A stretch of DNA of 64,000 bases. It comes from Eledone cirrhosa (Eukaryota). The position numbers were made by a program, and so were the translations under genes. The notes under the pieces were generated by a model that was not told where the DNA came from, made no database searches, and saw only the letters and a list, made by a program, of their open reading frames with translations. Positions within the stretch are counted from its first letter, which is position 1. Each line of letters opens with the position of its first letter. The stretch is from the NCBI GenBank assembly GCA_964016885.1, contig OZ024751.1:1860001-1924000 (forward strand), read 5' to 3'. Of this stretch, positions 1 through 11,800 are shown piece by piece.

Positions 1-1954
1 TTGGTCTTACTGTTGTTGGTGATGTTGGTGTTACTGTTGTTGGTGTTGTTGGTTTTACTGTTGTTGGTGTTGTTGGTGTTACTGTTGTTGGTGTTGTTGG
101 TTTTACTGTTGTTGGTGTTACTGTTGTTGGTGTTGTTGGTGTTACTGTTGTTGGTGTTGTTAGTATTACTGTTGTTGGTGTTGGTGGTGTTACTGTTGTT
201 GGTGTTGTTGGTGTTACTGTTGTTGGTGTTGTTGGTGTTACTGTTGTTGGTGTTGTTAGTGTTACTGTTGTTGGTGTTGTTGGTGTTACTGTTGTTGGTG
301 TTGTTGGTGTTACTGTTGTTGGTGTTGTTAGTATTACTGTTGTTGGTGTTGTTAGTATTACTGTTGTTGGTGTTGGTGGTGTTACTGTTGTTGGTGTTGT
401 TGGTGTTACAGTTGTTGGTGTTGTTAGTATTACTGTTGTTGGTGTTGGTGGTGTTACTGTTGTTGGTGTTGTTGGTGTTACTGTTGTTGGTGTTGTTGGT
501 GTTACTGTTGTTGGTGTTGTTAGTGTTACTGTTGTTGGTGTTGTTGGTGTTACTGTTGTTGGTGTTGGTGGTGTTACTGTTGTTGGTGTTGTTTGTGTTA
601 CTGTTGTTGGTGTTGTTTGTGTTACTGTTGTTGGTGTTGGTGGTGTTACTGTTGTTGGTGTTGTTGGTGTTACTGTTGTTGGTGGTGTTGGTGTTACTGT
701 TGTTGGTGGTGTTGGTGTTACTGTTGTTGGTGTTGTTAGTGTTACTGTTGTTGGTGTTGTTGGTGTTACTGTTGTTGGTGTTGTTAGTGTTACTGTTGTT
801 GGTGTTGTTGGTGTTACTGTTGTTGGTGTTGTTGGTGTTACTGTTGTTGGTGGTGTTTTTGTTACTGTTGTTGGTGTTGTTAGTGTTACTGTTGTTGGTG
901 TTACTGTTGTTGGTGTTGTTAGTTTTACTGTTGTTGGTGTTGTTTGTGTTATTGTTGTTGGTGTTGGTGGTGTTACTGTTGTTGGTGTTACTGTTGTTGG
1001 TGTTGTTGGTGTTACTGTTGTTGGTGTTGTTGGTGTTACTGTTGTTGGTGGTGTTGGTGTTACTGTTGTTGGTGTTGTTGGTGTTACTGTTATTGGTGTT
1101 GGTGATGTTACTGTTGTTGGTGTTGTTGGTGTTACTGTTGTTGGTGTTGTTGGTGTTACTGTTGTTGATGTTGTTTGTGTTACTGTTGTTGATGGTGTTG
1201 GTGTTACTGTTGTTGCTGTTGTTAGTGTTACTGTTGTTGGTGATGTTGGTGTTACTGTTGTTGGTGTTGTTTGTGTTACTGTTGTTGGTGTTGTTGGTGT
1301 TACTGTTGTTGGTGTTGTTGGTGTTACTGTTGTTGGTGTTGTTGGTGTTACTGCTTTGGTGTTGTTGGGGTTACTGTTGTTGGTGTTGTTGGTGTTACTG
1401 TTGTTGGTGTTGTTGGTGTTACTGTTGTTGGTGTTGGTGGTGTTACTGTTGTTGGTGTTGTTGGTGTTACTGTTATTGGTGTTACTGTTGTTGGTGTTGG
1501 TGGTGTGACTGTTGTTGGTGTTGTTGGTGTTACTGTTGTTGGTGTTGTTAGTGTTACTGTTGTTGGTATTGTTAGTGTTACTGTTGTTGGTGTTGTTGGT
1601 GTTACTGTTGTTGGTGTTGTTGGTGTTACTGTTGTTGGTGTTGTTATTGTTACTGTTGTTGGTGTTGTTAGTGTTACTGTTGTTGGTGTTGTTGGTGTTA
1701 CTGTTGTTGGTGTTGTTAGTGTTACTGTTGTTGGTGTTGTTTTTGTTGGTGTTGGTGGTGTTGGTGTTACTGTTGTTGGTGTTGGTGGTCTTACTGTTGT
1801 TGTTGTTGTTGGTGTTACTGTTGTTGGTGTTGTTTTTGTTGGTGTTGGTGGTGTTGGTGTTACTGTTGTTGGTGTTGGTGGTCTTACTGTTGTTGGTGTT
1901 GTTGGTGTTACTGTTGTTGGTGTTGTTGGTGTTACTGTTGTTGGTGTTGTTGGT

Positions 1955-4900
1955 GTTACTGTTGTTGGTGTTGTTGGTGTTACTGTTGTTGGTGTTACTG
2001 TTGTTGGTGTTGTTTTTGTTGGTGTTGGTGGTGTTGGTTTTACTGTTGTTGGTGTTGTTGGTGTTACCGTTGTTGGTGTTGGTGGTCTTACTGTTGTTGG
2101 TGTTGTTGGTATTACTGTTGTTGGTGTTGTTGGTGTTACTGTTGTTGGCGTTATTGGTGTTACTGTTGTTGTTGTTGTTGGTTTTACTGTTGTTGGTGTT
2201 GTTGGTGTTACTGTTGTTGGTGTTGTTGGTGTTACTGTTGTTGGTGTTGTTGGTGTTACTGTTGTTGGTGTTGGTGTTACTGTTGTTGGTGTTGTTAGTG
2301 TTACTGTTGTTGGTGTTGGTGTTGGTGTTACTGTTGTTGCTGTTGTTGGTGTTACTGTTGTTGGTGTTGTTGGTGTTACTGTTGTGGTGTTGTTAGTGTT
2401 ACTGTTGTTGGTGTTGTTAGTGTTACTGTTGTTGTTTTTGTTGGTGTTACTGTTGTTGGTGTTGTCAGTGTTACTGTTGTTGGTGTTGTTAGTGTTACTG
2501 TTGTTGGTGTTGTTGGTGTTACTGTTATTGGTGTTGTTGGTCTTACTGTTGTTGGTGTTGTTGGTGTTACTGTTGTTGGTGTTGTTGGTGTTACTGTTGT
2601 TGGTGTTGTTAGTATTACTGTTGTTGGTGTTGGTGGTGTTACTGTTGATGGTGTTGTTGGTGTTACTGTTGTTGTTGTTGGTGTTACTGTTGTTGGTGTT
2701 GTTAGTGTTACTGTTGTTGGTGTTGTTGGTGTTACTGTTGTTGGTGTTGTTGGTGTTACTGTTGTTGGTGTTGTTGGTGTTACTGTTGTTGGTGTTGTTA
2801 GTATTACTGTTGTTGGTGTTGTGGTGTTACTGTTGTTGGTGTTGTTGGTGTTACTGTTGTTGGTGTTGTTAGTATTACTGTTGTTGGTGTTGGTGGTGTT
2901 ACTGTTGTTGGTGTTGTTGGTGTTACTGTTGTTGGTGTTGTTGGTGTTACTGTTGTTGGTGTTGTTAGTGTTACTGTTGTTGGTGTTGTTGGTGTTACTG
3001 TTGTTGGTGTTGGTGGTGTTACTGTTGTTGGTGTTGTTTGTGTTACTGTTGTTGGTGTTGTTTGTGTTACTGTTGTTGGTGTTGGTGGTGTTACTGTTGT
3101 TGGTGTTGTTGGTGTTACTGTTGTTGGTGGTGTTGGTGTTACTGTTGTTGGTGGTGTTGGTGTTACTGTTGTTGGTGTTGTTAGTGTTACTGTTGTTGGT
3201 GTTGTTGGTGTTACTGTTGTTGGTGTTGTTAATGTTACTGTTGTTGGTGTTGTTGGTGTTACTGTTGTTGGTGGTGTTGGTGTTACTGTTGTTGGTGTTG
3301 TTAGTGTTACTGTTGTTGGTGTTGTTGGTGTTAATGTTGTTGGTGTTGTTGGTGTTACTGTTGTTGGTGGTGTTGGTGTTACTGTTGTTGGTGTTGTTAG
3401 TGTTACTGTTGTTGGTGTTGTTGGTGTTACTGTTGTTGGTGTTGTTGGTGTTACTGTTGTTGGTGGTGTTGGTGTTACTGTTGTTGGTGTTGTTAGTGTT
3501 ACTGTTGTTGGTGTTGTTGGTGTTACTGTTGTTGGTGTTGTTAGTGTTACTGTTGTTGGTGTTGTTTGTGTTATTGTTGTTGGTGTTGGTGGTGTTACTG
3601 TTGTTGGTGTTACTGTTGTTGGTGTTGTTGGTGTTACTGTTGTTGGTGTTGTTGGTGTTACTGTTGTTGGTGGTGTTGGTGTTACTGTTGTTGGTGTTGT
3701 TGGTGTTACTGTTGTTGGTGTTACTGTTATTGGTGTTGGTGGTGTTACTGTTGTTGGTGTTGTTGGTGTTACTGTTGTTGGTGTTGTTGGTGTTGTTGGT
3801 GTTACTGTTGTTGGTGATGTTGGTGTTACTGTTGTTGGTGTTGTTAGTGTTAATGTTGTTGGTGTTGTTGGTGTTACTGTTGTTGGTGTTGTTTGTGTTA
3901 CTGTTGTTGGTGTTGTTGGTGTTACTGTTGTTGGTGTTACTGTTGTTGGTGTTGTTTTTGTTGGTGTTGGTGGTGTTGGTTTTACTGTTGTTGGTGTTGT
4001 TGGTGTTACCGTTGTTGGTGTTGGTGGTCTTACTGTTGTTGGTGTTGTTGGTATTACTGTTGTTGGTGTTGTTGGTGTTACTGTTGTTGGCGTTATTGGT
4101 GTTACTGTTGTTGTTGTTGTTGGTTTTACTGTTGTTGGTGTTGTTGGTGTTACTGTTGTTGGTGTTGTTGGTGTTACTGTTGTTGGTGTTGTTGGTGTTA
4201 CTGTTGTTGGTGTTGGTGTTACTGTTGTTGGTGTTGTTAGTGTTACTGTTGTTGGTGTTGGTGTTGGTGTTACTGTTGTTGCTGTTGTTGGTGTTACTGT
4301 TGTTGGTGTTGTTGGTGTTACTGTTGTGGTGTTGTTAGTGTTACTGTTGTTGGTGTTGTTAGTGTTACTGTTGTTGTTTTTGTTGGTGTTACTGTTGTTG
4401 GTGTTGTCAGTGTTACTGTTGTTGGTGTTGTTAGTGTTACTGTTGTTGGTGTTGTTGGTGTTACTGTTATTGGTGTTGTTGGTCTTACTGTTGTTGGTGT
4501 TGTTGGTGTTACTGTTGTTGGTGTTGTTGGTGTTACTGTTGTTGGTGTTGTTAGTATTACTGTTGTTGGTGTTGGTGGTGTTACTGTTGATGGTGTTGTT
4601 GGTGTTACTGTTGTTGTTGTTGGTGTTACTGTTGTTGGTGTTGTTAGTGTTACTGTTGTTGGTGTTGTTGGTGTTACTGTTGTTGGTGTTGTTGGTGTTA
4701 CTGTTGTTGGTGTTGTTGGTGTTACTGTTGTTGGTGTTGTTAGTATTACTGTTGTTGGTGTTGTGGTGTTACTGTTGTTGGTGTTGTTGGTGTTACTGTT
4801 GTTGGTGTTGTTAGTATTACTGTTGTTGGTGTTGGTGGTGTTACTGTTGTTGGTGTTGTTGGTGTTACTGTTGTTGGTGTTGTTGGTGTTACTGTTGTTG

Positions 4901-5880
4901 GTGTTGTTAGTGTTACTGTTGTTGGTGTTGTTGGTGTTACTGTTGTTGGTGTTGGTGGTGTTACTGTTGTTGGTGTTGTTTGTGTTACTGTTGTTGGTGT
5001 TGTTTGTGTTACTGTTGTTGGTGTTGGTGGTGTTACTGTTGTTGGTGTTGTTGGTGTTACTGTTGTTGGTGGTGTTGGTGTTACTGTTGTTGGTGGTGTT
5101 GGTGTTACTGTTGTTGGTGTTGTTAGTGTTACTGTTGTTGGTGTTGTTGGTGTTACTGTTGTTGGTGTTGTTAATGTTACTGTTGTTGGTGTTGTTGGTG
5201 TTACTGTTGTTGGTGGTGTTGGTGTTACTGTTGTTGGTGTTGTTAGTGTTACTGTTGTTGGTGTTGTTGGTGTTAATGTTGTTGGTGTTGTTGGTGTTAC
5301 TGTTGTTGGTGGTGTTGGTGTTACTGTTGTTGGTGTTGTTAGTGTTACTGTTGTTGGTGTTGTTGGTGTTACTGTTGTTGGTGTTGTTGGTGTTACTGTT
5401 GTTGGTGGTGTTGGTGTTACTGTTGTTGGTGTTGTTAGTGTTACTGTTGTTGGTGTTGTTGGTGTTACTGTTGTTGGTGTTGTTAGTGTTACTGTTGTTG
5501 GTGTTGTTTGTGTTATTGTTGTTGGTGTTGGTGGTGTTACTGTTGTTGGTGTTACTGTTGTTGGTGTTGTTGGTGTTACTGTTGTTGGTGTTGTTGGTGT
5601 TACTGTTGTTGGTGGTGTTGGTGTTACTGTTGTTGGTGTTGTTGGTGTTACTGTTGTTGGTGTTACTGTTATTGGTGTTGGTGGTGTTACTGTTGTTGGT
5701 GTTGTTGGTGTTACTGTTGTTGGTGTTGTTGGTGTTGTTGGTGTTACTGTTGTTGGTGATGTTGGTGTTACTGTTGTTGGTGTTGTTAGTGTTAATGTTG
5801 TTGGTGTTGTTGGTGTTACTGTTGTTGGTGTTGTTTGTGTTACTGTTGTTGGTGTTGTTGGTGTTACTGTTGTTGGTGTT
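1955..5880. repeat. Higher-order tandem duplication, 2 x 1,942 bp
   Basis: Rare variants recur at offset 1,942: ACC at 2066/4008, 1-bp deletions at ~2384/~4326 and ~2821/~4763. ORF-track starts 2821/4763 and 3566/5508 share the same offset. Confidence 0.92.
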
Positions 5881-8800
5881 GTTGGAGTTACTGTTGTTGG
5901 TGTTGTTGGTGTTACTGCTTTGGTGTTGTTGGGGTTACTGTTGTTGGTGTTGTTGGTGTTACTGTTGTTGGTGTTGTTGGTGTTACTGTTGTTGGTGTTG
6001 GTGGTGTTACTGTTGTTGCTGTTGTTGGTGTTACTGTTATTGGTGTTACTGTTGTTGGTGTTGGTGGTGTGACTGTTGTTGGTGTTGATGGTGTTACTGT
6101 TGTTGGTGTTGTTAGTGTTACTGTTGTTGGTGTTGTTAGTGTTATTGTTGTTGGTGTTGTTGGTGTTACTGTTGTTGGTGTTGTTAGTGTCACTGTTGTT
6201 GGTGTTGTTATTGTTACTGTTGCTGGTGTTGCTGGTGTTACTGTTGTTGGTGTTGTTGGTGTTACTGCTGTTGGTGTTGTTGGTGTTACTGTTGTTGGTG
6301 TTGTTGGTGTTACTGTTGTTGGTGTTATTAGTGTTACTGTTGTTGGTGTTGTTAGTGTTACTGTTGTTGGTGTTGTTGGTGTTAATGTTGTTGGTGTTGT
6401 TGGTGTTACTGTTGTTGGTATTGTTGGTGTTACTGTTGTTGGTGTTGTTAGTGTTACTGTTGTTGGTGTTGTTGGTGTTACTGTTGTTGGTGTTGTTAGT
6501 GTTACTGTTGTTGGTGTTGTTTTTGTTGGTGTTGGTGGTGTTGGTGTTACTGTTGTTGGTGTTGGTGGTCTTACTGTTGTTGGTGTTGTTGGTGTTACTG
6601 TTGTTGGTGTTGTTTTTGTTGGTGTTGGTGGTGTTGGTGTTACTGTTGTTGGTGTTGGTGGTCTTACTGTTGTTGGTGTTGTTGGTGTTACTGTTGTTGG
6701 TGTTGTTGGTGTTACTGTTGTTGGTGTTGTTGGTGTTACTGTTGTTGGTGTTGTTGGCGTTACTGTTGTTGGTGTTATTGTTGTTGGTGTTGTTTTTGTT
6801 GGTGTTGGTGGTGTTGATTTTACTGTTGTTGGTGTTGTTGGTGTTACCGTTGTTGGTGTTGGTGGTCTTACTGTTGTTGGTGTTGTTGGTATTACTGTTG
6901 TTGGTGTTGTTGGCGTTACTGTTGTTGGTGTTGTTGGTGTTACTGTTGTTGGTGTTGTTAGTATTACTGTTGTTGGTGTTGGTGGTGTTATTGTTGTTGG
7001 TGTTGTTGGTGTTACTGTTGTTGGTGTTGTTAGTATTACTGTTGTTGGTGTTGGTGGTGTTACTGTTGTTGGTGTTGTTGGTGTTACTGTTGTTGGTGTT
7101 GTTGGTGTTACTGTTGTTGGTGTTGTTAGTGTTACTGTTGTTGGTGTTGTTGGTGTTACTGTTGTTGGTGTTGTTTGTGTTACTGTTGTTGGTGTTGTTT
7201 GTGTTACTGTTGTTGGTGTTGGTGGTGTTACTGTTGTTGGTGTTGTTGGTGTTACTATTGTTGGTGTTGTTGGTGTTACTGTTGTTGGTGGTGTTGGTGT
7301 TACTGTTGTTGGTGTTGTTAGTGTTACTGTTGTTGGTGTTGTTGGTGTTACTGTTGTTGGTGTTGTTAGTGTTACTGTTGTTGGTGTTGTTTGTGTTATT
7401 GTTGTTGGTGTTGGTGGTGTTACTGTTGTTGGTGTTACTGTTGTTGGTGTTCTTGGTGTTACTGTTGCTGGTGTTGTTGGTGTTACTGTTGTTGGTGGTG
7501 TTGGTGTTACTGTTGTTGGTGTTGTTGGTGTTACTGTTATTGGTGTTGGTGGTGTTACTGTTGTTGGTGTTTTTGGTGTTACTGTTGTTGGTGTTGTTGG
7601 TGTTACTGTTGTTGATGTTGTTTGTGTTACTGTTGTTGATGGTGTTGGTGTTACTGTTGTTGGTGTTGTTAGTGTTACTGTTGTTGGTGATGTTGGTGTT
7701 ACTGTTGTTGGTGTTGTTAGTGTTACTGTTGTTGGAGTTGTTGGTGTTACTGTTGTTGGTGTTGTTTGTGTTACTGTTGTTGGTGTTGTTGGTGTTACTG
7801 TTGTTGGTGTTGTTGGTGTTACTGTTGTTGGTGTTGTTGGTGTTACTGCTTTGGTGTTGTTGGGGTTACTGTTGTTGGTGTTGTTGGTGTTACTGTTGTT
7901 GGTGTTGTTGGTGTTACTGTTGTTGGTGTTGGTGGTGTTACTGTTGTTGGTGTTGTTGGTGTTACTGTTATTGGTGTTACTGTTGTTGGTGTTGGTGGTG
8001 TGACTGTTGTTGGTGTTGTTGGTGTTACTGTTGTTGGTGTTGTTAGTGTTACTGTTGTTGGTGTTGTTAGTGTTATTGTTGTTGGTGTTGTTGGTGTTAC
8101 TGTTGTTGGTGTTGTTAGTGTTACTGTTGTTGGTGTTGTTATTGTTACTGTTGTTGGTGTTGCTGGTGTTACTGTTGTTGGTGTTGTTGGTGTTACTGCT
8201 GTTGGTGTTGTTGGTGTTACTGTTGTTGGTGTTGTTGGTGTTACTGTTTTTGGTGTTATTAGTGTTACTGTTGTTAGTGTTGTTAGTGTTACTGTTGTTG
8301 GTGTTGTTGGTGTTAATGTTGTTGGTGTTGTTGGTGTTACTGTTGTTGGTATTGTTGGTGTTACTGTTGTTGGTGTTGTTAGTGTTACTGTTGTTGGTGT
8401 TGTTGGTGTTACTGTTGTTGGTGTTGTTAGTGTTACTGTTGTTGGTGTTGTTTTTGTTGGTGTTGGTGGTGTTGGTGTTACTGTTGTTGGTGTTGGTGGT
8501 GTTACTGTTGTTAGTGTTGTTAGTATTACTGTTGTTGGTGTTGGTGGTGTTACTGTTGTTGGTGTTGTTGGTGTTACTGTTGTTGGTGTTGTTAGTATTA
8601 CTGTTGTTGGTGTTGGTGGTGTTACTGTTGTTGGTGTTGTTGGTGTTACTGTTGTTGGTGTTGTTGGTGTCACCGTTGTTGGTGTTGTTAGTGTTACTGT
8701 TGTTGGTCTTGTTGGTGTTACTGTTGTTGGTGTTGGTGGTGTTACTGTTGTTGGTGTTGTTTGTGTTACTGTTGTTGGTGTTGTTTGTGTTACTGTTGTT

Positions 8801-11800
8801 GGTGTTGGTGGTGTTACTGTTGTTGGTGTTGTTGGTGTTACTGTTGTTGGTGTTGTTGGTGTTACTGTTGTTGGTGTTGTTGGTGTTACTGTTGTTGGTG
8901 GTGTTGGTGTTACTGTTGTTGGTGTTGTTAGTGTTACTGTTGTTGGTGTTGGTGGTGTTACTGTTGTTGGTGTTGTTAGTGTTACTGTTGTTGGTGTTGT
9001 TTGTGTTACTGTTGTTGGTGTTGGTGCTGTTACTGTTGTTGGTGTTATTAGTGTTACTGTTGTTGGTGTTGTTAGTGTTACTGTTGTTGGTGTTGTTGGT
9101 GTTAATGTTGTTGGTGTTGTTGGTGTTACTGTTGTTGGTGTTGTTGGTGTTACTGTTGTTGGTGTTGTTGGCGTTACTGTTGTTGGTGTTGTTGGCGTTA
9201 CTGTTGTTGGTGTTATTTTTGTTGGTGTTGTTTTTGTTGGTGTTGGTGGTGTTGATTTTACTGTTGTTGGTGTTGTTGGTGTTACCGTTGTTGGTGTTGG
9301 TGGTCTTACTGTTGTTGGTGTTGTTGGTATTACTGTTGTTGGTGTTGTTGGTGTTACTGTTGTTGGTGTTATTGGTGTTACTGTTGTTGGTGTTGTTGGT
9401 TTTACTGTTGTTGGTGTTGTTGGTGTTACTGTTGATGGTGTTGTTGGTGTTACTGTTGTTGGTGTTGTTGGTGTTACTGTTGTTGGTGTTGTTGGTGTTA
9501 CTGTTGTTGGTGTTGGTGTTACTGTTGTTGGTGTTGTTAGTGTTACTGTTGTTGGTGTTGGTGTTGGTGTTACTGTTGTTGGTGTTGTTGGTGTTACTGT
9601 TGTTGGTGTTGTTGGTGTTACTGTTGTTGGTGTTGTTGGCGTTACTGTTGTTGGTGTTATTGTTGTTGGTGTTGTTTTTGTTGGTGTTGGTGGTGTTGAT
9701 TTTACTGTTGTTGGTGTTGTTGGTGTTACCGTTGTTGGTGTTGGTGGTCTTACTGTTGTTGGTGTTGTTGGTATTATTGTTGTTGGTGTTGTTGGTGTTA
9801 CTGTTGTTGGTGTTATTGGTGTTACTGTTGTTGGTGTTGTTGGTTTTACTGTTGTTGGTGTTGTTGGTGTTACTGTTGATGGTGTTGTTGGTGTTACTGT
9901 TGTTGGTGTTGTTGGTGTTACTGTTGTTGGTGTTGTTGGTGTTACTGTTGTTGGTGTTGGTGTTACTGTTGTTGGTGTTGTTAGTGTTACTGTTGTTGGT
10001 GTTGGTGTTGGTGTTACTGTTGTTGGTGTTGTTGGTGTTACTGTTGTTGGTGTTGTTGGTGTTACTGTTGTGGTGTTGTTAGTGTTACTGTTGTTGGTGT
10101 TGTTAGTGTTACTGTTGTTTTTGTTGGTGTTACTGTTGTTGGTGTTGTCAGTGTTACTGTTGTTGGTGTTGTTAGTGTTACTGTTGTTGGTGTTGTTGGT
10201 GTTACTGTTGTTGGTGTTGTTGGTCTTACTGTTGTTGGTGATGTTGGTGTTACTGTTGTTGGTGTTGTTGGTTTTACTGTTGTTGGTGTTGTTGGTGTTA
10301 CTGTTGTTGGTGTTGTTGGTTTTACTGTTGTTGGTGTTGTTGGTGTTACTGTTGTTGGTGTTGTTGGTGTTACTGTTGTTGGTGTTGTTAGTATTACTGT
10401 TGTTGGTGTTGGTGGTGTTACTGTTGTTGGTGTTGTTGGTGTTACTGTTGTTGGTGTTGTTGGTGTTACTGTTGTTGGTGTTGTTAGTGTTACTGTTGTT
10501 GGTGTTGTTGGTGTTACTGTTGTTGGTGTTGTTGTCGTTACTGTTGTTGGTGTTGTTGGTGTTACTGTTGTTGGTGTTGTTAGTATTACTGTTGTTGGTG
10601 TTGGTGGTGTTACTGTTGTTGGTGTTGTTGGTGTTACTGTTGTTGGTGTTGTTAGTATTACTGTTGTTGGTGTTGGTGGTGTTACTGTTGTTGGTGTTGT
10701 TGGTGTTACTGTTGTTGGTGTTGTTGGTGTTACTGTTGTTGGTGTTGTTGGTGTTACTGTTGTTGGTGTTGGTGGTGTTACTGTTGTTGGTGTTGTTTGT
10801 GTTACTGTTGTTGGTGTTGTTTGTGTTACTGTTGTTGGTGTTGGTGGTGTTACTGTTGTTGGTGTTGTTGGTGTTACTATTGTTGGTGTTGTTGGTGTTA
10901 CTGTTGTTGGTGGTGTTGGTGTTACTGTTGTTGGTGTTGTTAGTGTTACTGTTGTTGGTGTTGGTGGTGTTACTGTTGTTGGTGTTACTGTTGTTGGTGT
11001 TGTTGGTGTTACTGTTGTTGGTGTTGTTGGTGTTACTGTTGTTGGTGGTGTTGGTGTTACTGTTGTTGGTGTTGTTGGTGTTACTGTTGTTGGTGTTACT
11101 GTTATTGGTGTTGGTGGTGTTACTGTTGTTGGTGTTGTTGGTGTTACTGTTGTTGGTGTTGTTGGTGTTGTTGGTGTTACTGTTGTTGGTGATGTTGGTG
11201 TTACTGTTGTTGGTGTTGTTAGTGTTAATGTTGTTGGTGTTGTTGGTGTTACTGTTGTTGGTGTTGTTTGTGTTACTGTTGTTGGTGTTGTTGGTGTTAC
11301 TGTTGTTGGTGTTGTTGGAGTTACTGTTGTTGGTGTTGTTGGTGTTACTGCTTTGGTGTTGTTGGGGTTACTGTTGTTGGTGTTGTTGGTGTTACTGTTG
11401 TTGGTGTTGTTGGTGTTACTGTTGTTGGTGTTGGTGGTGTTACTGTTGTTGCTGTTGTTGGTGTTACTGTTATTGGTGTTACTGTTGTTGGTGTTGGTGG
11501 TGTGACTGTTGTTGGTGTTGATGGTGTTACTGTTGTTGGTGTTGTTAGTGTTACTGTTGTTGGTGTTGTTAGTGTTATTGTTGTTGGTGTTGTTGGTGTT
11601 ACTGTTGTTGGTGTTGTTAGTGTCACTGTTGTTGGTGTTGTTATTGTTACTGTTGCTGGTATTGCTGGTGTTACTGTTGTTGGTGTTGTTGGTGTTACTG
11701 CTGTTGGTGTTGTTGGTGTTACTGTTGTTGGTGTTGTTGGTGTTACTGTTGTTGGTGTTATTAGTGTTACTGTTGTTGGTGTTGTTAGTGTTACTGTTGT

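Noticed and set aside
3566-3817. Cys/Trp-rich short ORFs (CYCCWCCW)n resembling metallothionein, keratin-associated or toxin peptides
   Set aside because: This is the third frame of the same 24-mer (TGT TAC TGT TGT TGG). The length is set only by where AGT/GAT variants create stops.
5905-5930. Programmed -1 ribosomal frameshifting restoring the Thr/Pro frame at deletion sites
   Set aside because: The - strand junctions (ACACCAAAGCAGTAA, ACACCACAACAGTAA) have no X XXY YYZ slippery heptamer and no plausible downstream stem or pseudoknot, and ~75 successive shifts would be needed.
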